Below, piece by piece: positions 16,684 through 26,236 of a stretch of DNA of 64,000 nucleotides. A model generated the notes under the pieces. That model did no database searches. It was not told where the DNA came from and saw only the letters and a program-made list of their open reading frames with translations. The stretch is taken from the NCBI GenBank assembly GCA_045593165.1, contig JAZNWF010000046.1:23404-87403 (forward strand). The letters are read 5' to 3'. Numbering within the stretch: the stretch's first letter is position 1; the number at the start of each line of letters is the position of its first letter. This stretch comes from Eubacteriales bacterium (GTDB lineage Bacteria; Bacillota; Clostridia; Oscillospirales; CAG-382). The translations under genes and the position numbers were made by a program.

Positions 16684-17751
16684 TCATTCAGTATCGAGAG
16701 TGCGTGCGATGAATTCGTTAAACTGATTCGACGTGCCTGCGTGCACGCGGTCGATTTTAAGCGGGGCATTGTATTTTATGTGGTTGCTGCTTACGGTTAT
16801 ACTTCTGCGAAGCCACGGGTTGACACCGCTTTTGAAAACTATCGTGTCATATTCAAAGCCGGAATCGTCCAATGCGATCATATAGCTTTCGACACGGTCG
16901 AGCATTTCGGGAATGCTCTGGACGCCCGAAAGATATACGTCGTAGGAAAGGTTTTGGTAAAGCGTTTTTTCCTTGGCGGAAAGAATTACCTCACCCGGCA
17001 TCGACGCTACGCGGTAGCATTCGACGCTGAAGGTATCGTTGGGGAATGCTTGACGGAAAATATCTGTCAATTCAAGGGAATACGGCTCGCAAAGCTTTTC
17101 CTTCATATGACGCTCGAAGCCGTCGTAAACGTTTCCGTTGTTGTAGGTTATCATTGCACCTTCGGTGGGGTGTTTCGAGCTTACGGCGTCTATCGCGTAT
17201 GCTCCCGTATCAAATCGGTAATATATATCCGAAAAGTCGAATTTGCCTAGGGCGGCGTTTTCGATCTGCGGATATTTGTTTTCGGCATATTCGTCAAGCG
17301 CGCTTTTTGCACTGATGGCGGTGAATGGGTTTCCGACGAGGAGCAAGCTGAGCGTAATGCATACTATGCCTCCGCAGACGGCAACGTAATATCCTGTCTT
17401 TTTATGCGCCTTTATTTTTGAAAACGAGTATTCCGCAACGATGCTCGCAAGTAGACATAATGCGGAAAACATCAGCGCGATTTTCATGTCCTCCTGCTCG
17501 ACGGTATTCGTAACAAACACCGACACGGCAAATATTGCGCTTTTAAGGCTTGACTTGATATCTATAAACGCTGCAACGGCACAAAGCAGAAAGGCTATGG
17601 GACACATCGCTATGATTCCCGAGGAGCGTCTGAACGTTATCGCCGCGATAAAGGCAAGCGCGATAACGAGCAGAAGCTTTAATGAATACCATTTCGTTTC
17701 GGTATCCGCTTCGTTCGGGCTTTCGTTTTCATAAAGCTTTTCTTCGGTCAT
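16684..17751 (-). CDS. Membrane protein of unknown function (N-terminal multi-TM region, about 220-aa extracytoplasmic C-terminal domain)
   Basis: 355 aa. Hydrophobic helices within residues about 20-150. ATGA overlap with the upstream RNHCP gene. No recognisable domain. Confidence 0.6.
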   Translation of the reverse strand: MTEEKLYENESPNEADTETKWYSLKLLLVIALAFIAAITFRRSSGIIAMCPIAFLLCAVAAFIDIKSSLKSAIFAVSVFVTNTVEQEDMKIALMFSALCLLASIVAEYSFSKIKAHKKTGYYVAVCGGIVCITLSLLLVGNPFTAISAKSALDEYAENKYPQIENAALGKFDFSDIYYRFDTGAYAIDAVSSKHPTEGAMITYNNGNVYDGFERHMKEKLCEPYSLELTDIFRQAFPNDTFSVECYRVASMPGEVILSAKEKTLYQNLSYDVYLSGVQSIPEMLDRVESYMIALDDSGFEYDTIVFKSGVNPWLRRSITVSSNHIKYNAPLKIDRVHAGTSNQFNEFIARTLDTE

Positions 17752-18077
17752 TTATATTCCTCCGCAAAATAGGGGTTGGTCAGCTTTATAAGCAGGCTTG
17801 TATCGTCGTCGGATTGCATCTTGTTGTTTCGTTCGGCTCCGCAAACGACGCATTTATGTGTAATTATGAACCCTTTTTTTGAATTTACCGTTACGGCGCT
17901 CGGACGCATCAGTCCGCCGCATTCACTTGCGCGGTCGCCGGGGTTTATATCAAGATGACGCGAATAAAGGCAGAACGGACAATGGTTGCGCGAGCTGTAT
18001 CCCAACGGGGCTACCTCGCGGCCGCAGTTTCCGCAAATAAATCCGCTGTCATTTTTTGTAAAAACCTTGTTTTCCAT
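17748..18077 (-). CDS. RNHCP-domain zinc-ribbon protein
   Basis: Literal RNHCPFC motif plus CGNC and CVVC pairs. Start set at ATG 18077 (AAGGA RBS); the track ORF uses TTG 18110. Confidence 0.8.
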   Translation of the reverse strand: MENKVFTKNDSGFICGNCGREVAPLGYSSRNHCPFCLYSRHLDINPGDRASECGGLMRPSAVTVNSKKGFIITHKCVVCGAERNNKMQSDDDTSLLIKLTNPYFAEEYK

Positions 18078-18184
18078 AGTAAAATCCTTAAAAGACTGTA
18101 AAATTTTCAAAAAAGGGTTTAATTTTCGGTTCGGATATAGTATAATACAAAATCAAGAGAAAATCAACCGTAAAGGAGTAGAAT

Positions 18185-19324
18185 ATGAGCAAAAAAGAAC
18201 AAAGCGCTCCTGAATGCTCGTTAAGACGCGGCGCCGTCGGCGGACAGGCGATAATCGAAGGCGTTATGATGAAGAGCAAGCAGCATACCGCAATCGCAGT
18301 GCGCCGTATGGATAATAAAAAGATCAGGGTCACGCGCAAGCCAAACTCGTCGATAGCGGATAAATGCAAGATATTGAAATGGCCTATTATCCGCGGCGTT
18401 GTGAATTTTGCGGAATCGCTTATACTTTCGTTTTCGACCATTACCGAGGGCACCGAAATGCTCGGACTCGACGTTGCCGAGGAGGAGCAGTCCAAGCTCG
18501 ATAAATGGCTCGAGGAGCACTGCGGAAAATGGCTTATGTCGGTAATTTCGGTAATATCCGTTATTCTCGGACTTTTGCTTGCCGTAGGATTGTTTTTCTT
18601 CCTTCCTACGCTTATTTGTGACTTTATTTTAGAGCCTATGTATCTCGCAAGAGCGACAGAGGGCGTATGGCGCGGAATCATCGAGGGCATTTTAAAGGTG
18701 GTTATCTTTATTGCCTATATCTGGCTTACTGCGCTTATCCCCGATATGAAGCGAGTTTACAAATATCACGGTGCGGAGCATAAAAGCATTTTCTGCTACG
18801 AGTCAGGGCTTGAGCTTACCGTTGAAAACGTTAAAAAGCAGTCCCGCTTCCATCCTCGTTGCGGCACGTCGTTTATGTTTGCGATGATATTCATTTCAAT
18901 AGCTATCGGTATAGCGTTTCTTTGGTCTATCGAAACTGTGTGGCTCCGTACGCTGTTAAAGCTCGCGCTTCTTCCCATAACCGTCGGCATCGGCTATGAG
19001 TTTATACGCTATGCGGGCAGACACGATAATAAGCTTATCCGTATTCTTGCAACTCCGGGTCTTTGGATGCAGAAGCTGACCACAAAAGAACCCGAGGACG
19101 ATATCATTGAGGTTGCCATAACCTCGCTTAAATGCGCGCTGCCCGACGATTTTCCGAACTTCTACGAGGAAATGCTGGCGGTTCAGGAGGCAGAGGATGC
19201 GGCTGAAAACGATTTGAATGACGAAAAATCTGCGGAATCCCTAGAAAATGCCGAGGCCGTTGCCGAAATAACGGAGGAGACCGTAAGCGAAGCCGAAGGT
19301 GCTTCCGAAAATGCGGAGGAATAA
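18185..19324 (+). CDS. DUF1385-family membrane protein (YqhQ-like), acidic C-terminal tail
   Basis: 379 aa. GGQAIIEGVMMKS and YHGAEHKSI motifs. It takes the usual position upstream of prmC. Confidence 0.8.
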   Translation: MSKKEQSAPECSLRRGAVGGQAIIEGVMMKSKQHTAIAVRRMDNKKIRVTRKPNSSIADKCKILKWPIIRGVVNFAESLILSFSTITEGTEMLGLDVAEEEQSKLDKWLEEHCGKWLMSVISVISVILGLLLAVGLFFFLPTLICDFILEPMYLARATEGVWRGIIEGILKVVIFIAYIWLTALIPDMKRVYKYHGAEHKSIFCYESGLELTVENVKKQSRFHPRCGTSFMFAMIFISIAIGIAFLWSIETVWLRTLLKLALLPITVGIGYEFIRYAGRHDNKLIRILATPGLWMQKLTTKEPEDDIIEVAITSLKCALPDDFPNFYEEMLAVQEAEDAAENDLNDEKSAESLENAEAVAEITEETVSEAEGASENAEE

Positions 19325-20172
19325 TGAAATTAAAGGATTACAGAAATAAACTGCGCGAGATGCTTTTGGAAATATCCCCCGAGGAGGGTGATGTTATTGC
19401 CGATATGCTTTTATGCGAGGCGTTATCGACCGAACGCGGATATTTACTCGCGCATCTCGACGATGAGGTGTCACGTACCATAGACCCGTTCATAAGCGGT
19501 GCGGTATTCGAGCTTTCGCTCGGAAAGCCGCTTCAGTACGTGCTCGGAAAATGCAATTTCTACGGCTATGACATCCACGTGGGCGACGGCGTGTTTATTC
19601 CGAGAAGCGATACCGAGATCGGCGTTAAAGCCGCCTTGGGCGTTTTGAAGGATGGCGATCTGTTTGCCGATATATGCAGCGGAAGCGGCTGTATCGCAAA
19701 GGCTATCGCCGCGGAAAAGCCTACGGTAAGCGGATACGCGCTTGAGCTTTCGCGCAAGGCCTTGACCTATACCGAAAAGAATTTGAGCGAGCAGAAGAAC
19801 GTGTCGGTAAGACGCTTCGACGCGCTTGACGAGGATGATTATATCGAGCTTGCTTCGATAATCGAGCGTCCGCTTGATCTGATAATATGCAATCCGCCGT
19901 ATATCCCGACCGACGATATCCGCACGCTTTCCGCGCAGGTTGGCTTCGAACCCGAAACCGCGCTTGACGGCGGCGAGGACGGACTTCGTTACTACCGCAC
20001 GGTCACCGCGCTCGTGCCTCATATACTGAAAAAAGACGGTATATTGATCTACGAAATAGGCATCGGTCAGTGCGAGAACGTTTCCAAAATTTTGCAGGAT
20101 AGCGGCTTCTCCGTGGCGGTGCTTCGCGATTACGGAAAAATAGACCGCATACTTTTAGCAAAAAGATATTGA
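19324..20172 (+). CDS. prmC: Release-factor glutamine N5-methyltransferase
   Basis: 282 aa. SAM motif DICSGSGCI and catalytic NPPY. Confidence 0.92.
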   Translation: MKLKDYRNKLREMLLEISPEEGDVIADMLLCEALSTERGYLLAHLDDEVSRTIDPFISGAVFELSLGKPLQYVLGKCNFYGYDIHVGDGVFIPRSDTEIGVKAALGVLKDGDLFADICSGSGCIAKAIAAEKPTVSGYALELSRKALTYTEKNLSEQKNVSVRRFDALDEDDYIELASIIERPLDLIICNPPYIPTDDIRTLSAQVGFEPETALDGGEDGLRYYRTVTALVPHILKKDGILIYEIGIGQCENVSKILQDSGFSVAVLRDYGKIDRILLAKRY

Positions 20173-20197
20173 CAATAAATAAAATCCGTACTATTAT
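20169..20197 (+). promoter_or_regulatory. Putative sigma-A promoter whose -35 contains the prmC stop codon
   Basis: TTGACA (20169-20174), a 17-nt spacer, then TATTAT (20192-20197). Confidence 0.5.
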
Positions 20198-20227
20198 TAT
20201 ATATTATAATGTAGTGCGGATTTTTTT
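20185..20227 (+). terminator. Intrinsic terminator after prmC (9-bp stem, AT-only loop, T7 run)
   Basis: tccgtacta...tagtgcgga followed by ttttttt. Confidence 0.6.
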
Positions 20228-20234
20228 GGTGCTT

Positions 20235-21038
20235 ATGAAACGTATTGAATCGAGAAACAACCCCACAATCAAAAATTCGGTTGCTCTGAACGCCCGACGC
20301 GAAAGAGAATTACAGAAAAAATTCTTCTTTGAGGGCGCGCATCTGCTCGAGGAATATCTCCGCTTCGGTCATAAACCGAACGCGGTCTTTGTCCGCGAGG
20401 ATGCGGTTTTAAAATATTCTTCGCTTATAAACAGATGTGAAAACGTGTTTGAGGTTACGCAGTCGGTTTATGATAAGCTGACCGAGGAAAAAGCACCGCA
20501 GGGTATATTTACCGTTTCGGATTATCTCGGGAACGTGATTTTCGTGGGAAAGGATATGCCGTACGATGAGCTTTCGGGCAGAATAAACGGTAATTCTATA
20601 ATGCTTGTCGATCTGCAGGACACGGGCAACGTGGGTACGGTCATACGTACCGCCGCGACTCTCGGCTGTGACGTGCTTTTGTGCGGAAGCTGTGCCGACG
20701 TGTATTCTCCCAAAACCGTCCGTGCCACGATGGGCGCAATATTTGCGAACGATATTTATATCTGCCCATCGCCCGAAGCCGCTGTAAAGGCGTTACAGCA
20801 GGGAGGTAAGCGTGTTATAGCCGCCGCGCTTTCCGATAACGCAAGCGTGCTCGGCAATTTTGAAATTTGCGAAACCGATTGCTTCGCGGTAGGAAATGAA
20901 GGTCAGGGCTTAAAGGATGAATTCATTTCGGAATGCGATATGACCTGCATCATTCCCATGTCCGGCAGGACCGAAAGCCTTAACGCCGCATCCGCTTCAT
21001 CGATATTGCTTTGGGAAGCAAAAAGAGGCAGAATATGA
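20235..21038 (+). CDS. TrmH/SpoU-family RNA 2'-O-methyltransferase (RlmB-like)
   Basis: N-terminal RNNPTIK substrate-binding region. SpoU motifs DLQDTGNVGTVIRTA, VGNEGQGL and IPMSGRTESLNAA. Confidence 0.88.
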   Translation: MKRIESRNNPTIKNSVALNARRERELQKKFFFEGAHLLEEYLRFGHKPNAVFVREDAVLKYSSLINRCENVFEVTQSVYDKLTEEKAPQGIFTVSDYLGNVIFVGKDMPYDELSGRINGNSIMLVDLQDTGNVGTVIRTAATLGCDVLLCGSCADVYSPKTVRATMGAIFANDIYICPSPEAAVKALQQGGKRVIAAALSDNASVLGNFEICETDCFAVGNEGQGLKDEFISECDMTCIIPMSGRTESLNAASASSILLWEAKRGRI

Positions 21039-22219
21039 AAAATGCAATATATCACATCTGGCTGCAGACAGCCATAGGACCGTACAGCCGTTTGGTAAAG
21101 GAAATATTCCCGAGGTTCGAAAGTATCGAGGAAGTATTCGCCTGCGACGATTTTTCATTTCTCGGCGAATCGAGAGAAAAATATATAAAGCGTCTTGAAA
21201 ATAAGGATACGTCCAATGCGTTTGAGATCGCAAAGCGATGCGAGGCGGTCGGCGCAAGAGTTACAGGCTATTACGATGCGCTTTATCCCGATTCGCTTCG
21301 CCGTATCGAAAATCCGCCGGTTGCGCTCTATTCGATAGGCGAATTCAGGAATCTTGATGAAGTACCTTGCATCGCACTGGTCGGCACTCGTAAAATGTCC
21401 GATTACGGAAAAACCACAGCCGAACGGTTTGCGTATACCTTTGCAAAAAGCGGCGCTTACGTGGTAAGCGGTCTTGCAAAGGGTGTTGATACTGCCGCGC
21501 ACAGAGGTGCGGTTATGGCAGACGGATATACGGTAGCCGTTTTGGGAAATCCTATCGGTGACGTCTATCCGAAGGAAAATTTAAAGGCGTTCGAAACGCT
21601 TTATAAGCGCGGCTTGGTAATGAGCGAGCTTTATCCCGGATGTCCGCGTACAAAGGCGGATTTTCCAAACAGAAACAGAATCATAAGCGGAATCAGCGAT
21701 TCCGTGGTAATAGCCGAGGCGGGTGAAAACAGCGGAGCCTTGATAACCGCGCGCCACGCTATAAATCAGGGCAAGCACGTTTATGCCGTGCCGGGTGCAA
21801 TAGGTGCCGAAAACGCGGGCACGAATATGCTTATAAAAACGGGAGTTCCCGCCGCTACCGAGCCTTATGACGTTCTTTCGGAGCTTGCGCTTGAATATCC
21901 CGAAGCGATGCATCCGTACGAACCGTCTGTTACCGAGGGTTTACGCTCCTACGGAAACGTGATGGCAAATAAAAGGACCGAGCCTGTGGTAAAATGCAAG
22001 CCGCTCGTTTCGGAAACGGTATTCGACTCGGATAAGATCGATAACGATCAAGGCTTAAGCGCAAGGATATTATCCTGCCTTAAGGGAAAAACACTTACGG
22101 CGGACGAAATAGCGAATGCCGTGGGCATGAATATCTCGGAAATACTTTCCGAGCTGACAATGATGGAAATAAGCGATTTGATAGTATCCTCCGCAGGCGG
22201 AAGATACTCCGCTAAATAG
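21035..22219 (+). CDS. dprA: DNA-processing protein DprA (Smf)
   Basis: Rossmann-like core VGTRKMSDYG...SGLAKGVDTAAHRGA...FPNRNRIISG...VIAEAGENSGALITA. ATGA overlap with the upstream gene. Confidence 0.92.
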   Translation: MKNAIYHIWLQTAIGPYSRLVKEIFPRFESIEEVFACDDFSFLGESREKYIKRLENKDTSNAFEIAKRCEAVGARVTGYYDALYPDSLRRIENPPVALYSIGEFRNLDEVPCIALVGTRKMSDYGKTTAERFAYTFAKSGAYVVSGLAKGVDTAAHRGAVMADGYTVAVLGNPIGDVYPKENLKAFETLYKRGLVMSELYPGCPRTKADFPNRNRIISGISDSVVIAEAGENSGALITARHAINQGKHVYAVPGAIGAENAGTNMLIKTGVPAATEPYDVLSELALEYPEAMHPYEPSVTEGLRSYGNVMANKRTEPVVKCKPLVSETVFDSDKIDNDQGLSARILSCLKGKTLTADEIANAVGMNISEILSELTMMEISDLIVSSAGGRYSAK

Positions 22220-22257
22220 ATTTTAAGAACAACGCGACTTTTTCAAGGAGAAAACAG

Positions 22258-24489
22258 ATGAACACACTCGTAATCGTCGAATCGCCCCACAAGGCGAATA
22301 CAATCAAGAGCTTTCTCGGTAAGGGCTATAAGGTCAAGTCCTCGAAGGGCCACGTGCGTGACCTTCCGAAAAGCAAGCTTGGTATTGACGTGGAAAACGA
22401 TTTTGAACCGCAATATATAAATATCCGCGGTAAAGGCGAGCTGATAAACGAGCTTCGCAAGGAAGCAAAGGCGGCAGACCGCGTTTATCTCGCGGCCGAC
22501 CCTGACCGTGAGGGCGAGGCTATAAGCTGGCATTTGGCAAACGTGCTTGCGCTCGACCCTGAAAAAACGAAGCGCATCACCTTTAACGAAATTACAAAAA
22601 ACACGGTAAAGGAAGCTATCAAGCATCCGAGGGATATCGATATGAATCTTGTCAACAGCCAGCAGACAAGACGTATTCTCGACAGACTCGTCGGCTACAA
22701 GATAAGCCCGTTCCTTTGGAAGCATATCAAAAACGGTCTTTCCGCAGGCCGTGTTCAGTCGGTCACAACGAGAATAATCGTTGAACGCGAGCAGGAAATA
22801 AGCGCGTTCGTTCCCGAGGAATTTTGGGTCATAGCGGCAACGTTCACCACCGAAGACGGCGAAAGCTTCAAGGCAAAATTCTTTGGTCGTGACGGTAAGA
22901 AGATAGAGCTTTCCTGCGAGGAAGAGGTAAACTCGGTTCTCAACGCCATCGATAAAAACAGCTTCAAGGTGGAATCGGTAAAGCGCGCAGTCAAGAACCG
23001 CCGTCCCGCACCTCCGTTTATTACCTCGTCGCTTCAGCAGGAGGCGAACAGAAAGCTTTCGTTCCAATCGCAGAAGACCATGCTTATCGCGCAGGAGCTT
23101 TACGAGGGTGTAAATATCGGCGAAAAGAGCACGCACGGTCTTATCACCTATATGCGTACCGACTCGCTCCGTATCTCCGATGAGGCGCGCGAGGCGGCAA
23201 AGAACGTAATTCTGTCGCTTTACGGCGAAGAGTATTATCCGAAAACGCCCAATAAATATAAGCTTAAAAAGAACGCGCAGGATGCGCACGAGGCTATCCG
23301 TCCCACCGACCCCTCGATAACTCCCGAAATGCTTCGCGGCAAGATCGGTAACGATCAATACAGACTGTATAAGCTCATCTGGGACCGCTTTATCGCATCG
23401 CAGATGTCGGCAGAGGTAATGGATACCGTTACCGCCGATATCGTATCCAACGGCTGTGTCTTCCGCGCAAACGGTCATACCGTTAAATTCCGGGGCTTTG
23501 CGGCCGTATACGGCGACCTTGCGGATGATAATACCGATGAGGAAAGCTCGTCGTCGCTTCCCGAGCTTAAGGAAAACGAGCGTGTGATCTCCGAAAATAT
23601 CGACCCGGAGCAGAAGTTTACCCAGCCCCCTGCAAGATTTACCGAGGGCTCGCTCGTAAAGGTGCTCGAGGATAAGGGCATCGGCAGACCCTCCACATAT
23701 ACTCCTACCATAACCACAATAATCTCGCGCGGATATATCCGCCGTGACGGTAAATTCCTTGTTCCCACCGAGCTTGGTGTGGTCACAACCGAAACGATGA
23801 AAAAAGCGTTCTCGCACGTTGTTGACTACAATTTTACCGCCGAAATGGAGGAGGATCTCGACAGGATCGAGGACGGCACCAGCGAATACATCGCGGTTCT
23901 GCACGAGTTCTACGGTCATTTCAAGGCACAGCTCGAGGAGGCTGAAAAGACCTTGGGCACGGAAAAGGTCGAAATACCCAAGGTGGAAACCGACATCATA
24001 TGCGAAAAATGCGGTGCGGTCATGGTTGAAAAAACGGGACGCTACGGCAAGTTTGCCGCCTGCCCGAATTATCCGCGCTGTAAGAATACAAAGCGTCTTG
24101 AATCGGAATCCGAAAAGAAGGACGAAAAGAAGACGGTAGAGGTCATCGCCGATGAAAAATGTCCCAACTGCGGCAACGATATGATACTCCGCAAGGGACC
24201 TCACGGTAATTTCTTCGCCTGCCGCAATTATCCCGACTGTAAGACAGCAATACCCTATCGCCGTGACAGCGGAATAGTATGTCCCGATTGCGGCAAGAGG
24301 GTCATGATAAAGCAGACCAAGAGCCGTAAGACCTATTACGCCTGCGAGGATTACCCTAACTGTAATTTCTCGTCGTGGGATATTCCCACCGAACGCCGCT
24401 GTCCCGTGTGTAATTCTCCCGTGATGAAGAAGAAAACGCGCGATCATTACTATTGCAAGAATGAATGCGGCTGGACCGAGGGTAAATAA
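22258..24489 (+). CDS. topA: DNA topoisomerase I
   Basis: 743 aa. TOPRIM VIVESPHKA...DPDREGE, active-site region YMRTDS, and four C-terminal CxxC...CxxC zinc ribbons. Confidence 0.97.
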   Translation: MNTLVIVESPHKANTIKSFLGKGYKVKSSKGHVRDLPKSKLGIDVENDFEPQYINIRGKGELINELRKEAKAADRVYLAADPDREGEAISWHLANVLALDPEKTKRITFNEITKNTVKEAIKHPRDIDMNLVNSQQTRRILDRLVGYKISPFLWKHIKNGLSAGRVQSVTTRIIVEREQEISAFVPEEFWVIAATFTTEDGESFKAKFFGRDGKKIELSCEEEVNSVLNAIDKNSFKVESVKRAVKNRRPAPPFITSSLQQEANRKLSFQSQKTMLIAQELYEGVNIGEKSTHGLITYMRTDSLRISDEAREAAKNVILSLYGEEYYPKTPNKYKLKKNAQDAHEAIRPTDPSITPEMLRGKIGNDQYRLYKLIWDRFIASQMSAEVMDTVTADIVSNGCVFRANGHTVKFRGFAAVYGDLADDNTDEESSSSLPELKENERVISENIDPEQKFTQPPARFTEGSLVKVLEDKGIGRPSTYTPTITTIISRGYIRRDGKFLVPTELGVVTTETMKKAFSHVVDYNFTAEMEEDLDRIEDGTSEYIAVLHEFYGHFKAQLEEAEKTLGTEKVEIPKVETDIICEKCGAVMVEKTGRYGKFAACPNYPRCKNTKRLESESEKKDEKKTVEVIADEKCPNCGNDMILRKGPHGNFFACRNYPDCKTAIPYRRDSGIVCPDCGKRVMIKQTKSRKTYYACEDYPNCNFSSWDIPTERRCPVCNSPVMKKKTRDHYYCKNECGWTEGK

Positions 24490-24507
24490 GCTATGGAGAA
24501 CAATCAT

Positions 24508-25524
24508 ATGAAAATAACCGTTGCGGTCGATATAATGGGTGGTGACAACCCCGCAAGCGAGCTTGCTACGGGTGCGATAAACGCTGCCAACGAATTTAAA
24601 GCAGACGGACTTTCGATAATCCTTGTAGGTACTGAAGAAGCAATATCGCAGTTAGGCGAGCTTCCCGCAAACGTAACGATCTGCACCGCCGAAAGCGTTG
24701 TTGAAATGACCGATGATCCTTCTGTGGTAATGAAGGAAAAAAAGGATTCCACGCTTGTTAAGGCGTGCACGCTCTGCCGCGAAAATCAGGCGGATGCCGT
24801 TGTAAGTGCGGGCAATACAGGTGCACTGTTTACCGCCGCATCGCTTATAATTCGCAGAGTAAAGGGAATAAGACGTGCCGCGCTCGGCTCGATAATACCG
24901 CTTGACAATCCGTTCGTGCTGCTCGATTGCGGCGCGAATCTCGACGCTACTCCCGAGATCCTTCAGCTTTATGCAAGAATGGGCTCGATATACGCCGAAA
25001 ACGTTCTTGATATAGAAAAGCCACGTGTTGCATTGCTTAATAACGGCACGGAATCGCATAAGGGAACTCCGCTTTACGTAGAAACCCACAAGCTTCTTGC
25101 AAGCGATGAAAGCATAAACTTCGTCGGCAATTGCGAGGGTAAGGCAGTACCTTTCGGCGCGTGTGACGTGCTTGTCTGCGACGGATTTACCGGTAATATC
25201 ACCTTGAAGCTTATCGAGGGAATGGGCAAGTTTATGTCCAAGGAAATAAAGGGCATATTCCATGCAAATCCCGTTTCAATGATAGGCGGCGCACTTACTC
25301 TTAATCAAACGAAGAGGCTAAAAAAGCGTCTTGACCCTGCAGAATACGGCGGAGCACCCTTTTTGGGACTCGCGAAGCCTGTGGTAAAGGCGCACGGAAG
25401 CTCGGATGCATATTCCTTCCGCTCGGCGATAAAGCAGGTGCTTTTGTATTGTCAGGGCGGTACGATCGAAAAATTCGGGCTTGCTATGGCTAAGAAAAAC
25501 GAGGAAAAAACCGAAAATGAGTGA
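24508..25524 (+). CDS. plsX: Phosphate acyltransferase PlsX
   Basis: MKITVAVDIMGGDN...SAGNTGA...CDGFTGN motifs. GGAGAA RBS before ATG 24508. Confidence 0.93.
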   Translation: MKITVAVDIMGGDNPASELATGAINAANEFKADGLSIILVGTEEAISQLGELPANVTICTAESVVEMTDDPSVVMKEKKDSTLVKACTLCRENQADAVVSAGNTGALFTAASLIIRRVKGIRRAALGSIIPLDNPFVLLDCGANLDATPEILQLYARMGSIYAENVLDIEKPRVALLNNGTESHKGTPLYVETHKLLASDESINFVGNCEGKAVPFGACDVLVCDGFTGNITLKLIEGMGKFMSKEIKGIFHANPVSMIGGALTLNQTKRLKKRLDPAEYGGAPFLGLAKPVVKAHGSSDAYSFRSAIKQVLLYCQGGTIEKFGLAMAKKNEEKTENE

Positions 25525-26236
25525 AGAAAAGAACTTTTCACTTCTTGAAAATGAAATAAATTACTGCTTTTCCGATAAAGAACTCCTTGTGACTGCGCTT
25601 ACGCATTCATCCTATTGCAACGAAAACCGCAAGAGAGGTATTACCGTAAGCAACGAAAGAAGCGAATTTTTAGGCGATTCGATCCTTTCCGTAATAACCG
25701 CGGAGTTTCTTTATCACCGCTTTCCCGAAGCGGACGAGGGATTTTTAACCCGTACCCGTGCCGCGCTTGTGTGTGAGGATACGCTTGCAATATTCGCGAA
25801 TAAGCTTTGTCTTGGCGATTATATGCTCTTCGGAAAGGGTGAATCGGCTTCGAGCGGAGGCAGACACAGAAAAAGCACGCTTGCCGATGCATTCGAGGCA
25901 CTTATCGCCGCGATATATCTGGACGGAGGTATGGAAAGTGCAAAGGAATTCGTGCTTCCGTTTATAACGTCTACCGTTGATACCGTAATAAAAATGGGCA
26001 CGGAGGATTATAAATCGCGACTTCAACGCATAGTTCAGCAGACCCCCGAGGAAACGCTTACCTATACGCTCGTCGGCGAGGAGGGCCCTCCTCATGACCG
26101 TACGTTCAGGTATGAGGTTTACCTCAATTCCAATCTTTTGGGCAAAGGTGAGGGCAGGACCAAGCGCGAGGCAGAGCAGGCCGCCGCGCACGAGGCGTTG
26201 ATATTGCTCGGTGAATTAGATGAGATCGCACCGTAA
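25517..26236 (+). CDS. rnc: Ribonuclease III
   Basis: Signature NERSEFLGDSIL, and a C-terminal dsRBD (GPPHDRTF...GEGRTKREAEQAAA). 8-nt overlap with plsX. Confidence 0.95.
   Translation: MSEEKNFSLLENEINYCFSDKELLVTALTHSSYCNENRKRGITVSNERSEFLGDSILSVITAEFLYHRFPEADEGFLTRTRAALVCEDTLAIFANKLCLGDYMLFGKGESASSGGRHRKSTLADAFEALIAAIYLDGGMESAKEFVLPFITSTVDTVIKMGTEDYKSRLQRIVQQTPEETLTYTLVGEEGPPHDRTFRYEVYLNSNLLGKGEGRTKREAEQAAAHEALILLGELDEIAP

Noticed and set aside
22243-24507. 754-aa stop-free ORF antisense to the whole of topA.
   Set aside because: Its codons are in exact register with the topA codons. That only means topA contains no TTA, CTA or TCA codons, which is codon bias. topA has unmistakable motifs, while the antisense product is low-complexity with no RBS or motif.
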